NCBI GenBank assembly: GCA_041739715.1
Contig: JBGSNJ010000097.1
Span: 1-47,847 of the forward strand
DNA from: Aestuariivirga sp.
Lineage (GTDB): Bacteria > Pseudomonadota > Alphaproteobacteria > Rhizobiales > Aestuariivirgaceae
Length of the DNA: 47,847 nt
Direction of reading: 5' to 3'
In this document: positions 17,208 to 27,717 of the stretch, piece by piece
How the letters are laid out: each line of letters begins with the position of its first letter
How positions within the stretch are numbered: the stretch's first letter is position 1
Notes under the pieces: model-generated
Told to the model about the DNA's origin: nothing
The model's database searches: none
Seen by the model: the letters and a program-made list of their open reading frames with translations, nothing else
Made by a program: the position numbers and the translations under genes

Positions 17208-17996
17208 ATGAAGACCGTTGATCTGACCTTTGCCGGGCGCACCGTGGCGCTTCCGGACTTGCCTGAGTACCGAAAGTTTTATGGAAAGTTGACCTCGGGG
17301 ATCTGGGAACCCCATACCTTCGAGGTCTTGGCGCGCAATCTCGATCGCGAGACCGTCTATGTCGACATTGGGGCGTGGATCGGAGTGACACCCTTCTGGG
17401 CGAGCGCCATCTGCAAGCGGGTGATCGCCTTCGAACCTGATCCCAGGTGCTTCGAGATCTTGCGCCAGCTTTCACCCGCCTATGACAACGTCACGATCAC
17501 GCAGGCCGCGCTCTCGTCGGAGGCCACAGTTACCATTCATGCTGTCGACGGCTTCGGCAGCTCGGAAACCAGCATTCTCGACATTGGCGATGGGGAAAGC
17601 GTCACGGTTCCGGGGCTTGGCATGGATGAGATCATGCGCCGGGCCGGCGGTGAACAAGCTTTCGTGAAGATCGACATCGAGGGCTATGAATTTGCAATGG
17701 CCGCCGAGATCGCCAAGCTGCGGAACTACAATGTCCACGGGCTGGAGCTGGCCGTTCACCCCCAGCTGCTGGAACGGAGCCTGGCGGGAAGCAGATTCTC
17801 GCGGCGGATCCGGACGGCCTGGAAGGTCTGGCGGCTGAGCCGCATCCTCGGGGACTTGTTTCCGCCGCCCCGGCTCGCCAAATACAAGAGCGTATTGAGC
17901 TATGTGGTCCGGGGCGTCCTATGGAAGGAAGAGCCGCGCGGGGCTGATTTCATCTTTGAGCGGGATCGGGCCGCAGCGGCCAAGGAAACAGAATGA
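17208..17996 (+). CDS. FkbM-family methyltransferase
   Basis: WEP.T, YVDIGAWIG, AFEPDP, VKIDIEGYE; ATGA overlap with downstream cyclase. Confidence 0.87.
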   Translation: MKTVDLTFAGRTVALPDLPEYRKFYGKLTSGIWEPHTFEVLARNLDRETVYVDIGAWIGVTPFWASAICKRVIAFEPDPRCFEILRQLSPAYDNVTITQAALSSEATVTIHAVDGFGSSETSILDIGDGESVTVPGLGMDEIMRRAGGEQAFVKIDIEGYEFAMAAEIAKLRNYNVHGLELAVHPQLLERSLAGSRFSRRIRTAWKVWRLSRILGDLFPPPRLAKYKSVLSYVVRGVLWKEEPRGADFIFERDRAAAAKETE

Positions 17997-19327
17997 CAGC
18001 GGGAAGAAACGACACGTCAGGCGTCCTGATCGACTATGTGGCAGACTGGCTGATGCAGAAGGCCCTCAGCGGCGCGGATGTCGAGGATGTTTTCAGTGGG
18101 TTTTGTGAGAGACTCGCGGCGGCCGGCTTGCCGCTGGCGCGCGTCCACCTCTCTTTCTCGATGCTGCATCCGCTGTACCGCGCTGCCAGCTTCACCTGGC
18201 GCCGCGGCGTGGGTGCCAAGGGCGAGAAACATCGGCATGTGCAGCCCAACATGACGGACCTGTTTCTCAAGAGCCCCTACTTCTATCTTCTCTCCAACAA
18301 CCTCAATCACATGCGGCGCCGTATCGATAGTGATGCGCCGGCAGATTTTCCGATTCTGGATGATCTCCGGAAGGAAGGCCTGACCGACTATCTTGCCATT
18401 GTGCACAAGTTCGACGCGAATTCGCTGCAGGGCATGATGGGCTCCTGGTCGACGGATCGACCGGAAGGATTCAGCGAAGGCGCCATCGCGGGTCTTCTGA
18501 AACTGCAGAGCCAGCTGGCGGTAACGATCAAGATGTCGGTGCTGAGCCGACTGGCCGACAACGTCCTTACAACCTATCTCGGCAATGAGGCGGGCCGCCG
18601 CGTTCTGAGCGGGCAGATCAAGCGCGGCGACGCAGAAACCATCCGTGCGGCACTGGTGATGGTCGACATGCGCAATTCCTCAAACGTGGCGGATGTCCAT
18701 GGTCGACAGGTCTTCATCGATACGCTGAACGAGTTCTATGACGCGATCGCGGCCCCTTTCAATCGCAATGGCGGCCAGATTCTCAGCTTCATGGGCGATG
18801 GCTTCCTCGCCATCTATCCCTGCGAGGAAAGGAACAAGCAGCAGTCGCAGCTGGCCGCACGCGCGGCCCTGTCGGCGGCACGGGCCGGATTGGCCCGCAT
18901 GGCCGACCTCAATCATGACCGGATGGCCAAGGGATTGTGGGAAATCGACTTTGGCGTTGGGCTGCACGTGGGCAATGTGATCTTCGGCAATGTCGGTCTC
19001 GTCGACCGGTTGACCTTCTCGACATTTGGCGCAGCGGTGAATGAGGTGCAGCGGCTCGAATCCCTGACCAAGAGCCACCCGTCCAAGGTCATTGCCAGCG
19101 ATACCTTTGTTGGCTATTGCGGCGGCAAGTGGACTTTGCTGGGGACCGAGAAGTTGCGCGGGTTCGAGCAGGCCGTGAAGATCTTCGCACCGGACACGGC
19201 CCGGGTGAAGGGCAGGGGTCTGGAGTTGTCCCAGGGACAGGAAGAGGCTGGAATGTCTGACGCCGAACATCTGATGATGCTTCACCGGCAGGCCGGCCAG
19301 GCGGCGCAGAAGTCCGCCGGACGCTGA
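17993..19327 (+). CDS. Class III adenylate/guanylate cyclase-domain protein with GAF-like N-terminus
   Basis: YLG...G.RVL.G.I.RG, VDMRNSS, FMGDGFLA, GLHVG.V..GNVG...RL.F, VNEVQRLE. Confidence 0.88.
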   Translation: MTAGRNDTSGVLIDYVADWLMQKALSGADVEDVFSGFCERLAAAGLPLARVHLSFSMLHPLYRAASFTWRRGVGAKGEKHRHVQPNMTDLFLKSPYFYLLSNNLNHMRRRIDSDAPADFPILDDLRKEGLTDYLAIVHKFDANSLQGMMGSWSTDRPEGFSEGAIAGLLKLQSQLAVTIKMSVLSRLADNVLTTYLGNEAGRRVLSGQIKRGDAETIRAALVMVDMRNSSNVADVHGRQVFIDTLNEFYDAIAAPFNRNGGQILSFMGDGFLAIYPCEERNKQQSQLAARAALSAARAGLARMADLNHDRMAKGLWEIDFGVGLHVGNVIFGNVGLVDRLTFSTFGAAVNEVQRLESLTKSHPSKVIASDTFVGYCGGKWTLLGTEKLRGFEQAVKIFAPDTARVKGRGLELSQGQEEAGMSDAEHLMMLHRQAGQAAQKSAGR

Positions 19328-19332
19328 GGTTC

Positions 19333-20280
19333 TTGCAACATGCGTCCCCGGATACGGCCCTGACCATCGTGACCCGTGCAGCAACGGACCTGAGGTACGA
19401 CGACCTGCTGGTCGACGGTTTCGACGGGGAGGGTTTTTCGCCCGCCGGCGGGCTCTACTACAAGCAGACCTTTGAACAGAGCGCCGGCTCTGTCGAGTTC
19501 CAGAGGGACGTCTCGCTCGATGGGCGTGGTGCGCTCAAGCTCTCGGTGAAGCCGCTTGGAAGCGGCGGGAAGCGCACCGACATCAGCGAGCGGGCCGAAA
19601 TCTGGGAAAGGCCACAGCTGCGTGTGCCCTATGACAGGGGCATCTGGTATGGATTTGCGGTGAAATTCGCCGATCCGGTCCCGCAGGACGATCATCGCTA
19701 TCTGATTGCCCAATGGAAGCGCGAGATCGACCCGGGCCACCCGCTGGACTTCAGCCCCTTCCTTGCCCTACGGCTGAACAAGGGTAAGCTCTTCGCCACG
19801 GTGGAAACAAATTACCACCCGCCCATCCCGTCCCTCGGCGGCAAGGCAGATGGCGTCGACGCCGGGCGCGTGCCGGTAAAGTTGCGGCCGGAAACCAACC
19901 AGATGCGCGCCCTGATCGCGACGCCGTCCAACTGGACGCCTGCCGACGGCGAGCTGTTTCATACCAGTTCGGACAAGCTCACGGTCATCGACCGTGGCAC
20001 GCCCATGCCGGATCCCCGCTCGGGCTGGATCGATTTTGTCGTCTATACCAAGCCCGGACCCGATGGCTCGGGCCATGTCGAGATCTTCGCCAATGGGAAG
20101 TGGATTGTCACCGTGAAGGGGCATATCGGCCACAACGATGACGGACTGGGACAGAATCAGTATTTCAAGTTCGGACCCTATCGGGCCGGGCACAGTACCG
20201 TGTGGACGCTCTACTACGATGACTTCCGGCGCTCGCCCCGCTGCGCCGACGTGCTGCGCGGAATAGCCTGTCCTTTCTGA
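19333..20280 (+). CDS. Polysaccharide-lyase-like (beta-jelly-roll) protein
   Basis: SERAE, WYGF, IAQWK, YFKFGPYR motifs; start codon uncertain. Confidence 0.7.
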   Translation: MQHASPDTALTIVTRAATDLRYDDLLVDGFDGEGFSPAGGLYYKQTFEQSAGSVEFQRDVSLDGRGALKLSVKPLGSGGKRTDISERAEIWERPQLRVPYDRGIWYGFAVKFADPVPQDDHRYLIAQWKREIDPGHPLDFSPFLALRLNKGKLFATVETNYHPPIPSLGGKADGVDAGRVPVKLRPETNQMRALIATPSNWTPADGELFHTSSDKLTVIDRGTPMPDPRSGWIDFVVYTKPGPDGSGHVEIFANGKWIVTVKGHIGHNDDGLGQNQYFKFGPYRAGHSTVWTLYYDDFRRSPRCADVLRGIACPF

Positions 20281-20442
20281 GTCATACGGCGTTCATGAGA
20301 TCGTGTTCTCGCTTGCCTTTCCAGTGACGGCGGAGATGAGGCGGGGTGTGTGAACAGGAATGTGGTGCCCCTGTGTTTTCCCGATTGACAAAGTGACAGG
20401 AGAACACCGACGATCCCCTGTACGTCACCTTGATGGCAAAGA

Positions 20443-22341
20443 ATGAAACCTGTGAACGACCTTCTGCGGATCGAGGACCTTGGTGTCGGCATCACCATGC
20501 AGTCCGGACAACTTGAGGCTGTAAAGAGCGCCTCGCTTCGCGTACTTCCCGGCAAGGTTACAGCCCTGGTGGGGGAATCCGGCTCCGGAAAATCAGTGAT
20601 TGCCCAGACCATTCTGGGAATCCTGCCGCCTGTAGCCAAGGTTACCAAGGGGCGGATCCTCTTCAACGATCCGGAAAGGCCGGGCAGCAGCATCGACCTG
20701 TGCCAGCTCGACCGCGACAGCGAAGCCTACCGGGCGCTGCGCGGTCAGCGCATTTCGATGATCTTTCAGGAACCGATGACTGCGCTTTCGCCGCTGCATA
20801 CGGTTGGCAACCAGATCCAGGAAGCCCTGACCATTCACACCAGCCTGCCAGAGGCGGAGGCGAGGCGGCGGACTGAGGAGATGCTGGATCTCGTCGGCTT
20901 TCCCGATCCCAAGCGCGCCTATGGCATGTATCCTTTCGAATTGTCCGGCGGCCTGCGGCAGCGGGCGGTGATCGCCATGGCGCTGATCTGCCGTCCGGCC
21001 CTGGTGGTGGCCGACGAACCCACCACTGCCTTGGACGTGACGATCCAGGCGCAGATCCTGCAGCTGCTGCGCGAGCTGCAGTCGAAGCTGAACATGGCGA
21101 TCCTGCTGATCACCCATGATCTGGGCATCGTCGCCAATGTGGCTGACGAGGTGGTGATCATCTATCACGGCGAGATCATGGAGTCAGGGACTGTCTCCGA
21201 CATCTTCCGAAACCCCCAGCACCCCTATCTCAAGGGCTTGCTGCGGGCCGTGCCGCATTTCGACATGGCGCCCGGCGAGCGCCTGAAATCCCTTCGCGAC
21301 GTGCAGGTGGATACCTCGAAGCTGAAGCAGGCCGAAACCCGAACGGCAGGGAAACGCGGTTCGATCCTGCTCTCCGCAAAGGGGGTGACCAAGTCGTTCT
21401 CCACGCGAAAGTCCGGCTGGTTTGCAAAGCAGGAAAGCACTGCGCGCAAGGCGCTGGACGACGTGAGCCTTGAGATCCGCCGCGGCGAATGCCTGGGTCT
21501 GGTCGGCGAAAGCGGCTGTGGCAAAACAACACTGAGCAAGGTCATCATGCGCGCAGTAAGGCCCGATTCCGGCACTGTGACCTATGACGACGGCAACGGG
21601 CCGATCGATGTGCTGGCCGCCGAGGGTGAAGACCTGCAGACGCTTCGCACAAAGATCCAGATGGTATTCCAGGACCCGTTCTCGTCGCTGTCGCCGCGCA
21701 TGACGGTTCAAAACATTCTTTCCGAGCCATTGGAGATCCACAATCGCGGCGACGCCAAGTCGAGGATTGAACAGGTCAAGACCTTGATGGAAGTGGTCGG
21801 TCTCGATCCGCGCTTCCTGAGCCGCTATCCTCACAGCTTTTCCGGTGGCCAGCGCCAGCGTGTCGGCATCGCCCGCGCCTTGGCGCTGGGGCCCGATCTC
21901 CTCATTTGCGACGAACCGGTTTCGGCGCTCGACGTTTCCGTTCAGGCCCAGATCCTGAACCTGCTGAAGGATCTTCAGGCCCAGCTGGGCCTTACTTATC
22001 TCTTCATTTCCCACAATCTGGCCGTGGTCGACTACATGGCCGATCGGATCGCCGTGATGTGCCGCGGCAGGATCGTGGAGATTGCGCCGCGCGAGGTGCT
22101 GTTCAAGTCGCCAATACATCCCTATACGCGTGCCTTGCTAGCGGCAGTGCCATTCCCGGATCTCGACCGCCCGCTCGACTATACCACGCTGCAGCTCGGC
22201 ACGGCGTCCGATACCGGCACATGGCCATCCTTCTTCCGGGAGGCAGACAACAAGGCGCCGCTGATGGCGGCGCATTGCGGTGAAGATCACTTCGTGCTGG
22301 CCCAGGCTTCAGCCAAGGTGCAGGAGTTACGCGCATGGTAA
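20443..22341 (+). CDS. Peptide/nickel-type ABC ATPase with two fused NBDs
   Basis: [21 protein letters not shown] and [21 protein letters not shown]; HPY motifs. Confidence 0.95.
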   Translation: MKPVNDLLRIEDLGVGITMQSGQLEAVKSASLRVLPGKVTALVGESGSGKSVIAQTILGILPPVAKVTKGRILFNDPERPGSSIDLCQLDRDSEAYRALRGQRISMIFQEPMTALSPLHTVGNQIQEALTIHTSLPEAEARRRTEEMLDLVGFPDPKRAYGMYPFELSGGLRQRAVIAMALICRPALVVADEPTTALDVTIQAQILQLLRELQSKLNMAILLITHDLGIVANVADEVVIIYHGEIMESGTVSDIFRNPQHPYLKGLLRAVPHFDMAPGERLKSLRDVQVDTSKLKQAETRTAGKRGSILLSAKGVTKSFSTRKSGWFAKQESTARKALDDVSLEIRRGECLGLVGESGCGKTTLSKVIMRAVRPDSGTVTYDDGNGPIDVLAAEGEDLQTLRTKIQMVFQDPFSSLSPRMTVQNILSEPLEIHNRGDAKSRIEQVKTLMEVVGLDPRFLSRYPHSFSGGQRQRVGIARALALGPDLLICDEPVSALDVSVQAQILNLLKDLQAQLGLTYLFISHNLAVVDYMADRIAVMCRGRIVEIAPREVLFKSPIHPYTRALLAAVPFPDLDRPLDYTTLQLGTASDTGTWPSFFREADNKAPLMAAHCGEDHFVLAQASAKVQELRAW

Positions 22342-24236
22342 CGCGCCGGACCACTCTCGGACTGTTTGCATCGGTCGCGTTGGCGAGGCCCGCGCGCGCC
22401 GACGACCTCGAACCGCCATTCCTTCGTGAGCGGCTGTCGAGCGGCGAACTTCCGCCGTTGGCTGAACGCCTGCCCAAAATGCCGCGCGTCATCAATCTCG
22501 AAGCCATGGGCCGGGTTCCGGGGAGGCATGGCGGCGATATCCGCACCCTCATCGGAGGGCAGAGGGATATCCGCCTGATGACGTTGTACGGCTATTCGCG
22601 GCTCGTCGGCTACGACGAGAAGCTTGTCCTGCAGCCCGACATCCTGGAGCGCTATGACATCGTCGAGGACAGGATTTTCACCTTCAGGATCCGCGAGGGA
22701 CACAAGTGGTCGGATGGCTCGCCCTTCACCGCAGAGGATTTCCGTTATGCCTGGGAAGATATCCAGCTCAATGAGGACCTGTCGCCCGGTGGACTCTCCG
22801 CATATCTTCTGTCCAATGGCAAACCGCCCGTCTTCGAGATCATCGACCCGCTGACTGTCCGCTATAGTTGGGAATCGCCCAATCCGGATTTCCTGCCGCG
22901 CATCGCAGCGGCGCAGCCTCTGAACATGGCGATGCCAGCCGCCTATCTCAAACAGTATCACAAGAAGTACCAGACGGAGGAGAAGCTCGCCGAACTGGTG
23001 AAGAAAAACAAGGTAAAGAAATGGACCGTGCTGCATACGCGCATGTCCCGGACCTATCGGCCGGAGAACCCCGATCTTCCCACGCTTGATCCGTGGCGCA
23101 ACACGACCGCGCCGCCGGCCGAGCAGTTCATTTTCGAGCGCAACCCGTATTTCCATCGCGTTGATGAGGCGGGGCGCCAGCTTCCCTATGTCGACCGCTT
23201 CATTCTCAACAGTAGCACGTCGTCGATCATTCCGGCCAAGACCGGTGCGGGAGAATCCGACCTGCAGGCAAATGCCATCGACTTCACCGACTATGCCTTC
23301 CTGAAAGAAGCCGAGCAGCGCTATCCGGTGAAGGTCACGCTTTGGAAGAAGACGCAGGCTTCGCGCCTCGCCCTGCTTCCCAACCTCAATTACAAGGATC
23401 CGGCATGGCAGGCGCTGTTCCGCGATCCGCGGGTGCGTCGTGCCCTGTCGCTTGCCATCGACCGCCACGAGATCAACGAAGCACTGTTCTTCGGTCTCGG
23501 GACCGAGAGTTCCGACACGCTCATGCCGGAGAGCCCGCTGTTCAAGCCCGAGTTCGCAAAGGCGTGGATCGAGCATGATCCGGAGCAGGCCAATGCGTTG
23601 CTGGATGCGGCTGGATTGTCGGCGCGCGACAGCGACGGAATCAGGCTGCTGCCCGATGGCCGCCGGGCCGAAATCATCATCGAGACCGCCGGCGAAAGCA
23701 CGCTCGAGACCGACGCGCTCGAACTTGTCACCGACTATTGGGAGAAGGTCGGAGTCAAGCTCTTCATCCGCACGTCGCAGCGCGACATCTTCCGCAGCCG
23801 CGCCATCGGCGGCGAAATCATGATGGCCATCTGGTCGGGCATGGACAATGGCATAGCGACCGGCGACATGAATCCGGCGCAGCTAGCGCCGACATCGGAC
23901 GATCAACTGCAGTGGCCCGTCTGGGGCCTCTACACCCAATCGCATGGGGAAATGGGAGCCGCGCCCGATGTCAGCGAGGCGAACGCGCTGCTGGAGCTCT
24001 ACAAGGCCTGGCGCATGACCGCTTCGATGCAGGCGCGCAACGACATCTGGTCCAAGATGCTGACCATCTATGCGGATCAGGTCTTCTCCATCGGATTGCT
24101 GAACGCGACGCTTCAGCCCGTTCTGCGCAGCAGCAGGCTGGTCAATATGCCCGATACGGGGCTTTATGGCTTTGAGCCGACCAGCTATTTCGGCGTCTAC
24201 ATGCCCGACACCTTCTGGCTGAACAAGGACGCCTGA
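22335..24236 (+). CDS. Family 5 ABC solute-binding protein with Tat-like signal
   Basis: TRRTTL; G.LPPLAERLP, G.KWSDG.PFTAED, ERNPYF, D..G.QLPY.D. Confidence 0.92.
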   Translation: MVTRRTTLGLFASVALARPARADDLEPPFLRERLSSGELPPLAERLPKMPRVINLEAMGRVPGRHGGDIRTLIGGQRDIRLMTLYGYSRLVGYDEKLVLQPDILERYDIVEDRIFTFRIREGHKWSDGSPFTAEDFRYAWEDIQLNEDLSPGGLSAYLLSNGKPPVFEIIDPLTVRYSWESPNPDFLPRIAAAQPLNMAMPAAYLKQYHKKYQTEEKLAELVKKNKVKKWTVLHTRMSRTYRPENPDLPTLDPWRNTTAPPAEQFIFERNPYFHRVDEAGRQLPYVDRFILNSSTSSIIPAKTGAGESDLQANAIDFTDYAFLKEAEQRYPVKVTLWKKTQASRLALLPNLNYKDPAWQALFRDPRVRRALSLAIDRHEINEALFFGLGTESSDTLMPESPLFKPEFAKAWIEHDPEQANALLDAAGLSARDSDGIRLLPDGRRAEIIIETAGESTLETDALELVTDYWEKVGVKLFIRTSQRDIFRSRAIGGEIMMAIWSGMDNGIATGDMNPAQLAPTSDDQLQWPVWGLYTQSHGEMGAAPDVSEANALLELYKAWRMTASMQARNDIWSKMLTIYADQVFSIGLLNATLQPVLRSSRLVNMPDTGLYGFEPTSYFGVYMPDTFWLNKDA

Positions 24237-24238
24237 CA

Positions 24239-25237
24239 GTGCTGAAATACATTCTGTGGCGCATTGTAGTGATGATCCCGACACTGCTGATCATTTCCGC
24301 GCTGATCTTCACCATCATCGAATTGCCGCCGGGCGATTACTTCGAGAGCTACATCGCCGAACTCAAGGCCCAGGGCGAGAACGTCAACACCGAACAGATC
24401 GAGGCGCTTCGGGCCCAGTACGGCTTCGACCAGCCCGTCTTGATCAGGTACTTCGACTGGGTCTGGGGCATGCTGCATGGCGACTTCGGGTACTCCTTCG
24501 AGTATCAGTTGCCGGTGAACGAAGTCGTGGGCGACCGGCTCTGGCTGACTATGCTGGTCTCCTTCGTGACTATCGTCTTCACATGGCTGATTGCCTTTCC
24601 GATCGGCATATACTCGGCAACCCATCAATACAGCTGGGGCGACTATGGCCTGACTTTCCTGGGACTGCTGGGGCTTGCGATCCCGAACTTCATGCTGGCG
24701 CTCATCCTCATGTATTTCGCCAACATCTGGTTTGGCACGTCGATCGGCGGGCTGATGGACCGCGAGTTCCTGGCGGAGCCCATGAGCTGGGCCAAGGCGA
24801 AGTCGATCATGAGCCACCTGTGGATTCCGGTGATCATCGTGGGAACCGCTGGCACAGCCGGCATGATCCGCCGCTTGCGCGCCAATCTGCTGGATGAACT
24901 TCGCAAGCAGTATGTCACGACGGCAAAGGCGAAGGGCGTGCCGCCCATGCGGGCCCTCGTGAAGTATCCTCTGCGCATGTCGCTGAACTTCTTCATCGCC
25001 GACATCGGTTCGATCCTGCCCGCGATCATTTCGGGCGCGGAGATCACCGCTATCGTGCTTTCGCTGGAAACCACCGGACCCATGCTGATTCGTGCCCTGC
25101 AGAGTCAGGACATGTACCTTGCCGGTTCGTTCCTGATGTTTCTCGCCTTCCTCACCGTCATCGGCGTCCTCATCTCGGATCTGGCGCTGGCGGCACTTGA
25201 TCCGCGCATCCGGCTACAGGGCACGAGCACAAAATGA
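24239..25237 (+). CDS. ABC permease (OppB/DppB-like)
   Basis: LPPGD, GDFGYS, AIPNF, YVTTAKAKG, LDPRIR. Confidence 0.93.
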   Translation: MLKYILWRIVVMIPTLLIISALIFTIIELPPGDYFESYIAELKAQGENVNTEQIEALRAQYGFDQPVLIRYFDWVWGMLHGDFGYSFEYQLPVNEVVGDRLWLTMLVSFVTIVFTWLIAFPIGIYSATHQYSWGDYGLTFLGLLGLAIPNFMLALILMYFANIWFGTSIGGLMDREFLAEPMSWAKAKSIMSHLWIPVIIVGTAGTAGMIRRLRANLLDELRKQYVTTAKAKGVPPMRALVKYPLRMSLNFFIADIGSILPAIISGAEITAIVLSLETTGPMLIRALQSQDMYLAGSFLMFLAFLTVIGVLISDLALAALDPRIRLQGTSTK

Positions 25238-26409
25238 CATCGCCTCTGCCGGCACCCGGCGCTCCGCTCCATCACTATGTCTCGACCGCACCGTTCGATC
25301 CCCACACGATCACGGCGATGACCGACGAGCAGTCGAAGGTCCACCTCGCGTCGCAATGGAAGCTCATGTGGTGGAAGTTCAAGCGCCACCGGGTTGCCGT
25401 CTACTGCGGGATCTTTCTGGCGCTCATGTATGCCTCGACACTCTTCAGTGAATTCCTGGCGCCCTACAATCTTCACACACGCAACGTCGAAGCCATTCAT
25501 GCGCCGCCGCAGCGAGTACACCTTTTCCATGAGGGGAGCTTTGTGGGTCCATTCGTCTATGGGCGGGAGCGCAGCCTCGACATGAACACCATGAAGCGGG
25601 TCTATACCGACACTACGAACGTTATTCATCCCGTCCGGTTCTTCTGCAAGGGCGACACCTACAAGTTCTGGGGAATTTGGGACGCCGACCGCCACCTGTT
25701 CTGCCCGGCGGAGGGCGGAACGCTGTTCCTGCTCGGGACCGATCGTCTTGGACGCGACGTCCTATCGCGCATCATCTATGGCGCGCGCATTTCCCTGACC
25801 ATCGGACTGATCGGCATAACCGTGAGTTTCGCCCTGGGCATCATCATCGGAGGCCTGGCCGGCTACCACGGCGGCTGGTTCGATTTGGCCGTGCAGCGCG
25901 TCATCGAGGTGCTGCAGTCGATCCCGAGCATTCCGCTGTGGATGGCGCTGGCTGCGATCATGCCGGTGTCGTGGAGTCCTATCGTTGTTTATTTTGGCAT
26001 CACCTTCATTCTCGGACTGCTTGACTGGACGGGCCTCGCGCGGGCGGTGCGATCCAAGCTTCTGTCGCTGCGTGAAGAAGAGTATGTTCTTGCAGCCCAA
26101 CTGATGGGCGCCAAGGACAGCCGCATCATCGGCCGTCACCTGATCCCGGGTTTCATTTCGCACCTGATCGCGACGGCGACCATCGCCATTCCCGGCATGA
26201 TCCTTGGCGAGACGGCGCTCAGCTTCCTTGGGCTCGGCCTGCGGCCCCCGATCACCAGCTGGGGCATTCTGTTGACAGAGGCGAAGAACGTCAGTGTCGT
26301 CGCGCTCTATCCGTGGCTTCTCTTTCCAATGGTTCCTGTGATTCTCGTCATCATCGCCTTCAATTTCTTTGGCGACGGGCTGCGGGATGCCGCCGACCCT
26401 TACAACTGA
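25234..26409 (+). CDS. ABC permease (OppC/DppC-like)
   Basis: LGTDRLGRD, YGARISL, EEEYVLAA, LSFLGLG, GDGLRDAADP. Confidence 0.93.
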   Translation: MTSPLPAPGAPLHHYVSTAPFDPHTITAMTDEQSKVHLASQWKLMWWKFKRHRVAVYCGIFLALMYASTLFSEFLAPYNLHTRNVEAIHAPPQRVHLFHEGSFVGPFVYGRERSLDMNTMKRVYTDTTNVIHPVRFFCKGDTYKFWGIWDADRHLFCPAEGGTLFLLGTDRLGRDVLSRIIYGARISLTIGLIGITVSFALGIIIGGLAGYHGGWFDLAVQRVIEVLQSIPSIPLWMALAAIMPVSWSPIVVYFGITFILGLLDWTGLARAVRSKLLSLREEEYVLAAQLMGAKDSRIIGRHLIPGFISHLIATATIAIPGMILGETALSFLGLGLRPPITSWGILLTEAKNVSVVALYPWLLFPMVPVILVIIAFNFFGDGLRDAADPYN

Positions 26410-26488
26410 ATCGAGGTATCGCCGTGATGACTGTTCGGAAGGCAGGATCGGTGAATGCGGAGCGTTCGGGTTTGTCGAGGGGCCTGTT

Positions 26489-27703
26489 GTGACGCGGCGG
26501 TATGACAATACCCGCATCCTGATGTATAGCCATGACACGTTCGGGCTGGGTCACTTGCGGCGGTGCCGTGCCATCGCTCATTCGCTCGTCGAGCACGCGC
26601 GCGGATTGAGCGTCCTCATTATTTCGGGGTCCACCATCGCCGGCGCCTTCGACTACCGCGCGCGTGTCGACTTCGTGAAGATTCCGAGCGTGATCAAGTT
26701 ACGCAACGGAGAGTATACTTCCCTGGACCGGCACATCGATCTGCAGGAAACGCTGATGATGCGGCAGTCGATCATTCGCCACACGGCAGATACGTTTCAG
26801 CCCGATATCTTCATTGTGGACAAGGAACCTCTTGGTCTGCGCGGCGAAGTCGAAGACACCCTGGCCTACCTGAAAACCAAGGGCACCATTCTCGTTCTCG
26901 GCTTGCGCGAAGTGATGGACGCGCCGGACCTCCTCGATGCCGAGTGGAAGCAGCGCGATGTGCTCCGCAAGATCGGCAGGCTCTATGATGCGATCTGGGT
27001 TTATGGACCGCCTGACTTCTACAACCCGCTGACCGGCCTCGAGGTGCCGGAGTTAGTCAGTTCAAAGCTCGAGTACGTCGGCTTTCTGCAGCGCGAGCTC
27101 AATGCCGAAGAGATCCCGGGCCACCGACCGGAGGGCGACTACATCCTGGTGACACCCGGCGGGGGCGGCGATGGAGCCGAATTGATCCACAACGTCCTGC
27201 ATGCCTACCAGCAGGATCCGGAGCTCACCTACAAGGCCGTCATCGTGCTTGGCCCCTACATGCCGGCGCGGCAGCGCCGCAAACTGATGAAGAAGGGCAT
27301 GAAGCTGGCCTCCGTGAAGATCATCGAGTTCGACAATCAGATGGAAGACCTGGTCGCCGGCGCGAAGGCGGTAGTGGCCATGGGAGGCTACAATACCTAT
27401 TGCGAAATTCTGTCTTTCGACAAGCCAGCCCTCATCGTGCCACGTACCGTACCCCGCCAAGAGCAGTTGATCCGCGCAAGACGCGCTGCCGAACTTGGAC
27501 TGATCGACATGTTGCTGCCCGAGGAGGCGGCAGACGCCCATCGTCTGGCTGAAGCGCTCAAGGCCTTGCCCGCGCGTCCGCGTCCATCGCAAAGCCAGCC
27601 CAAGCTGCGGCTCGAAGGCCTGATGAGGATTTCCGAGATCGTCGGCAACTGGCTCGACAAGCGGTCGCATCAACATCTGTCGGTGGTGGAGCGGCTCAGC
27701 TGA
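26489..27703 (+). CDS. GT-B glycosyltransferase (COG4671-like)
   Basis: YSHDTFGLGHLRR, ILVTPGGGGDG, MGGYNT, EQLIRA; GTG 26489 start inferred. Confidence 0.82.
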   Translation: MTRRYDNTRILMYSHDTFGLGHLRRCRAIAHSLVEHARGLSVLIISGSTIAGAFDYRARVDFVKIPSVIKLRNGEYTSLDRHIDLQETLMMRQSIIRHTADTFQPDIFIVDKEPLGLRGEVEDTLAYLKTKGTILVLGLREVMDAPDLLDAEWKQRDVLRKIGRLYDAIWVYGPPDFYNPLTGLEVPELVSSKLEYVGFLQRELNAEEIPGHRPEGDYILVTPGGGGDGAELIHNVLHAYQQDPELTYKAVIVLGPYMPARQRRKLMKKGMKLASVKIIEFDNQMEDLVAGAKAVVAMGGYNTYCEILSFDKPALIVPRTVPRQEQLIRARRAAELGLIDMLLPEEAADAHRLAEALKALPARPRPSQSQPKLRLEGLMRISEIVGNWLDKRSHQHLSVVERLS

Positions 27704-27717
27704 AGTCGCGTGAAGAG

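Noticed and set aside
17993-19327. Cyclase plus CNB protein as a Pycsar anti-phage system
   Set aside because: The genes are about 14 kb apart, the CNB protein has no TM or TIR effector domain, and the context is glycan metabolism
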